Notes under the pieces: generated by a model
The model's input: the letters and a program-made list of their open reading frames with translations, nothing else
What the model was told of the DNA's origin: nothing
Databases searched by the model: none
Translations under genes and position numbers: made by a program
From: Bispira polyomma
Lineage: Eukaryota
DNA length: 64,000 nt
Direction: 5' to 3'
NCBI GenBank assembly: GCA_965649765.1
Contig: OZ287758.1
Span: 19,034,001 to 19,098,000, forward strand
Shown: one piece after another, positions 60,710-64,000 of the stretch
Layout of the letters: every line of letters starts with the position of its first letter
How positions within the stretch are numbered: position 1 is the stretch's first letter

Positions 60710-63228
60710 GGGGCCACTGCAATTCTGCAGTGGAAAATAGCAAAGACGAAATTTTTTCCAGAACTTTTTATAACTCAGAATTTTGTAATTTGCAGTTATT
60801 TGATAAAGACATAAGGGCTAAAATGCTCACTTACAATAAAGGTAAATGTGCAGGCTGTTCATACAGCGACGCATTACAAAATGTAAATAGCACAAACAAA
60901 CAGGTCGTTGTAAATAAAGGCAAAAGTGTCAAAATGTTCAGTGGGTGACTGGGGGATGCATGTGCAGCTGTTGATTTGACACGCGCACACAGCCAGACAC
61001 CCTCAAACGCCAACAAAACCGTGGGGGTAAGATCTCTACATAAATGTCGCGTTTACTCTGGCCCAGCCACCCGAAACGAACAAAAGACCTGTGAGCGGGG
61101 CCAAAGTAAACGCACCAAGGAAACAGTGCTTCGACGTACCAAGCCTGTTACTGAATGTCTCCCATATAAATTACCAGTGAATAATAGTGTACACCGAGAT
61201 GCCTTGTGGCATAATAGATTTCAACCCCTCTACCAAACCATTGTTGAACTCAACAATGGGGAGGTCGAGGATAGTGTTAACACAAACGAGAGTGTCAATG
61301 ACAGCCCACAACAAGGTGCGAAAAAACAAAGGCGTTTGATTAAAAACAATGCTGGGAACCAGGGTAATGACAGAAATGTAAACACAAATCCAACATATCA
61401 CTCAGTTGCCCCTTCAGACAAGTACGCTTTGGGGCTTAAGCAAAAACGCAAGGAAGGGGAGTTGCTAACTAAAGCCCGGAGCGATGACACGTACAAGGCG
61501 TGGCATGAGCAGAATGAAGTCGACTATGGATTCATTCCACTTAACACTTTAGGACGAAAAATTTGGGATAGGGGGGCCAAAAATCATGGCTTAAATACCT
61601 TCCAAATGCATGATAAATTAAGAGCTGATGGCAGACACAATTATAAGGGTCTCCAACTTGTGGTCGAATCGCAATTAAATGCCGACAAATGGCAAGATTA
61701 CCTCGCTAAGTATTGGGACTGGCAACTGCCCCTGCTCGTTAAGTACGGTTTCCCGCTAGACGTATGTCGGGCCAAAGTCAGTCAGTCGGATAATTGTAAT
61801 CATAGTTCGGCGGAAACCTTCCCAGAACATGTGGAGACGTATCTCAATGAGGAGTGTAACTTTGGGGCTATATTAGGGCCCTTTAAGGACCCCCCTATTA
61901 GGGACTTGCATTGTTCGCCGATGATGACACGTGAGAAGTCCACCTCCGCTAATAGGAGAGTGATAGTCGAATTGAATTGGCCACATGGTCAGTCGGTTAA
62001 CGCAGGTGCTTCGGCTAACTCCTACCTTGACACTGATTTTATTCTATCATATCCTTCCATTGATAACATTACTATTGAAGTAACCAGATTGGGTAGAGGA
62101 TGTCATATCTATAAAATTGACGTAAGTAGGGCCTTTAGGCACGTTCCCATAGATCCGGGTGACATCGATCTCCTTGGCCTAAAATGGAAAGAATTCTACG
62201 TCGATAAATGTCTTCCCTTCGGGTATCAGAATGGTAGTACCATTTTTCAGCGCCTTTCGGACGCTGTAAGATTTATAATGAAGGCGGAGGGATACAAAGT
62301 ACACAATTATTTAGACGATTTTTTGACCGTATCGTTGCCAAGTAAAATAACAGCCAGTTACGAACATCTTCAGGCCTTGCTCAAGGAGCTTGGCCTCACG
62401 GTCAGTCAGAAGAAGTTGGTTACTCTCAGCACACGGGTAATATGCCTGGGCATACTAATAGATACTGAAAATTATACCACCTCTATCCCGGACGAAAAAA
62501 TGCAGGAAATCACGGCCAAGTGCGACATGTGGCAAGGGAAAGAATTCTGTACTAAAAAGGAATTACAGTCTTTATTGGGCTCCCTCTTGTATGTAGCCAA
62601 ATGCATTAAATATGCTAGAGTCTTTTTGAACCGTATGTTGCAATTCCTCAGAGACAATTATAGCAAAAGTCGGTTGATGGTCACTGAGGACTTCAACAGG
62701 GATTTAAATTGGTTTAGAACGTTCATGGGCCATTTCAATGGAGTGTCTTTTTTCTCACATAAGGCTACCAATGCACAGGTAGAATTAGATTCATGTCTAA
62801 CAGGTATGGGGGGCATCTGTGGCAATGACGTGTACAAACTTAAAGTACCCGCACACATGACCAGTGACAATATAGCGTCGCTTGAAATGATTAACATACT
62901 CGTTGCCCTTAAGCTATGGTCCAACGTGTGGCAAGGCAAAAAAGTTATGTTCAAATGCGACAATCAGGCAATGGTTAGTGTCATGCAAACCGGGCGTACT
63001 CAAGATCCTGTTTTGGCTGCCTACAGCAGAAATATTTACATGTGGGCTAGCAAATTTGATATAGACATAAGAGTTATTCATATCTTGGGGGTTAAGAACA
63101 AGGTTGCAGACCTTCTCTCACGTTGGGATAAAGTGAATAATAATGAATACCTACTTGCTCAATGGGCGGGGCCGGTTAACTGGTTGCACACAGATGCCAC
63201 CCTCCTAGACATTGACTACACAATTTAA
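60700..63228 (+). CDS. RT-RNase H ORF2 of YR element 3 (-1 frame to gag; single TGA at 60946-60948)
   Basis: ORFs 60730-60948 and 60976-63228 share a frame. YLDD, LDSC, LEMIN, CDNQ, ADLLSRW. Confidence 0.88.
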
Positions 63229-63265
63229 GGATGTTGTATCTTTCCTGTGGTACTATGTTTTAGGA

Positions 63266-64000
63266 ATGCAGCCTTTGGACTCCCTATTAACAAATAGAGC
63301 CTGCAAGAGACTGCATTTTGCTTTTGCTGAATCAACAGCCAGGGCCTATGATGCCATGTTTAGACTGTTCCTGGCTTTTGGAGCCTTCATGCAATGGCCT
63401 TTATATCAGGTGACTGTATTCAGAATTTTGTCTTTCTTAGAGTTTCTGACTTTTAATCATATGTCTGCTGCTCAAATTGCAAATCATCTGTCGGCTGTTA
63501 AAGCTAAATGCATTCTTTTTCATGTAAATGTGGACTGCTTTGCAGATCCACGCATATCTTATTATAGTAGGGCTCTTGCTATTAATAAGCCTTTACAAGC
63601 CAAACTTAAAACATTGTTTGATATTCCTTTGCTAACTGCATTGGTTGCCAAATGCGACAACACGTACATGGGACAGATCTTTAAGGCTGTTTATCTGACC
63701 AGTTTTTTCAGTTTCTTGAGGCTTTCCAATTTGTGCCCACACTCTGTGGCTGGGTTCTCTCCATTGAAGCATTTGGCCAGAGGGGATGTGTTGTTTAAGC
63801 CCGGGTACATAATTCTTTTAGTAAAATGGTCTAAGACCATGCAGGTGAACAATCAAATTAAACTGTTAAATATTCCAGTCCTGCAGAACTCATGCCTTTG
63901 TCCGGTAGCTGCTCTGAAAAATGTCCTGGCCCTCACCCCTGTTGGCCCTAACATGCCTCTTTTTCAGTATAAGTTGGGTGGTGCGTGGGTTCCGTTGACG
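63266..64000 (+). CDS. Tyrosine recombinase of YR element 3 (truncated by window end)
   Basis: MQPLDSLLTNRACK..FLRLSN..KWSKT..LCPV, colinear with 46231 onward. Confidence 0.88.
   Translation, partial: MQPLDSLLTNRACKRLHFAFAESTARAYDAMFRLFLAFGAFMQWPLYQVTVFRILSFLEFLTFNHMSAAQIANHLSAVKAKCILFHVNVDCFADPRISYYSRALAINKPLQAKLKTLFDIPLLTALVAKCDNTYMGQIFKAVYLTSFFSFLRLSNLCPHSVAGFSPLKHLARGDVLFKPGYIILLVKWSKTMQVNNQIKLLNIPVLQNSCLCPVAALKNVLALTPVGPNMPLFQYKLGGAWVPLT

Larger units (their letters stand above)
59446..64000 (+). mobile_element. Ngaro-like YR retrotransposon, element 3 (same family as element 2; runs off the window)
   Basis: Identity to element 2 begins at TGT(G/A)AGGCAGGGCCC; gag, pol and YR are colinear. 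Confidence 0.92.

Noticed and set aside
155-62963. Numerous short ORFs in the six-frame track, including those antisense to TE ORFs and those in satellite arrays
   Set aside because: Shadow frames or low-complexity products with no recognisable motifs or splice support.

Overview
AT-rich animal genomic DNA, probably from a marine invertebrate or lophotrochozoan (inferred from TE types). It holds one intact host gene, a 13-exon OATP/SLCO organic-anion transporter (14415-28747, +, 666 aa as spliced by hand), inside a dense nested field of transposable elements. These include a Tx1/L1-type LINE, an RTEX-like LINE, two Helentron-derived HINE elements with satellite cores, three copies of a tRNA-derived SINE with TSDs, several PIF/Harbinger elements and MITEs, and at least six Ngaro-like tyrosine-recombinase (YR) retrotransposons or remnants plus one 181-bp mini-element. 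The YR elements are the most interesting part. Where both ends can be fixed by restoring the host sequence, I see neither the split direct repeats of Ngaro/PAT nor the ITR/ICR of DIRS1. Instead, four divergent families share a 3' array of TAAGGTNACCTTA palindromes (about 30-55 bp apart in most) in a region bracketed by stems. They also share a GGACCAGWCT left-end motif and ends at ACTGT/TGT, and the best-preserved family has a textbook -1 frameshift signal at the gag stop and a phase-matched candidate gag-to-YR splice. Everything was read by eye; no database searches were run.
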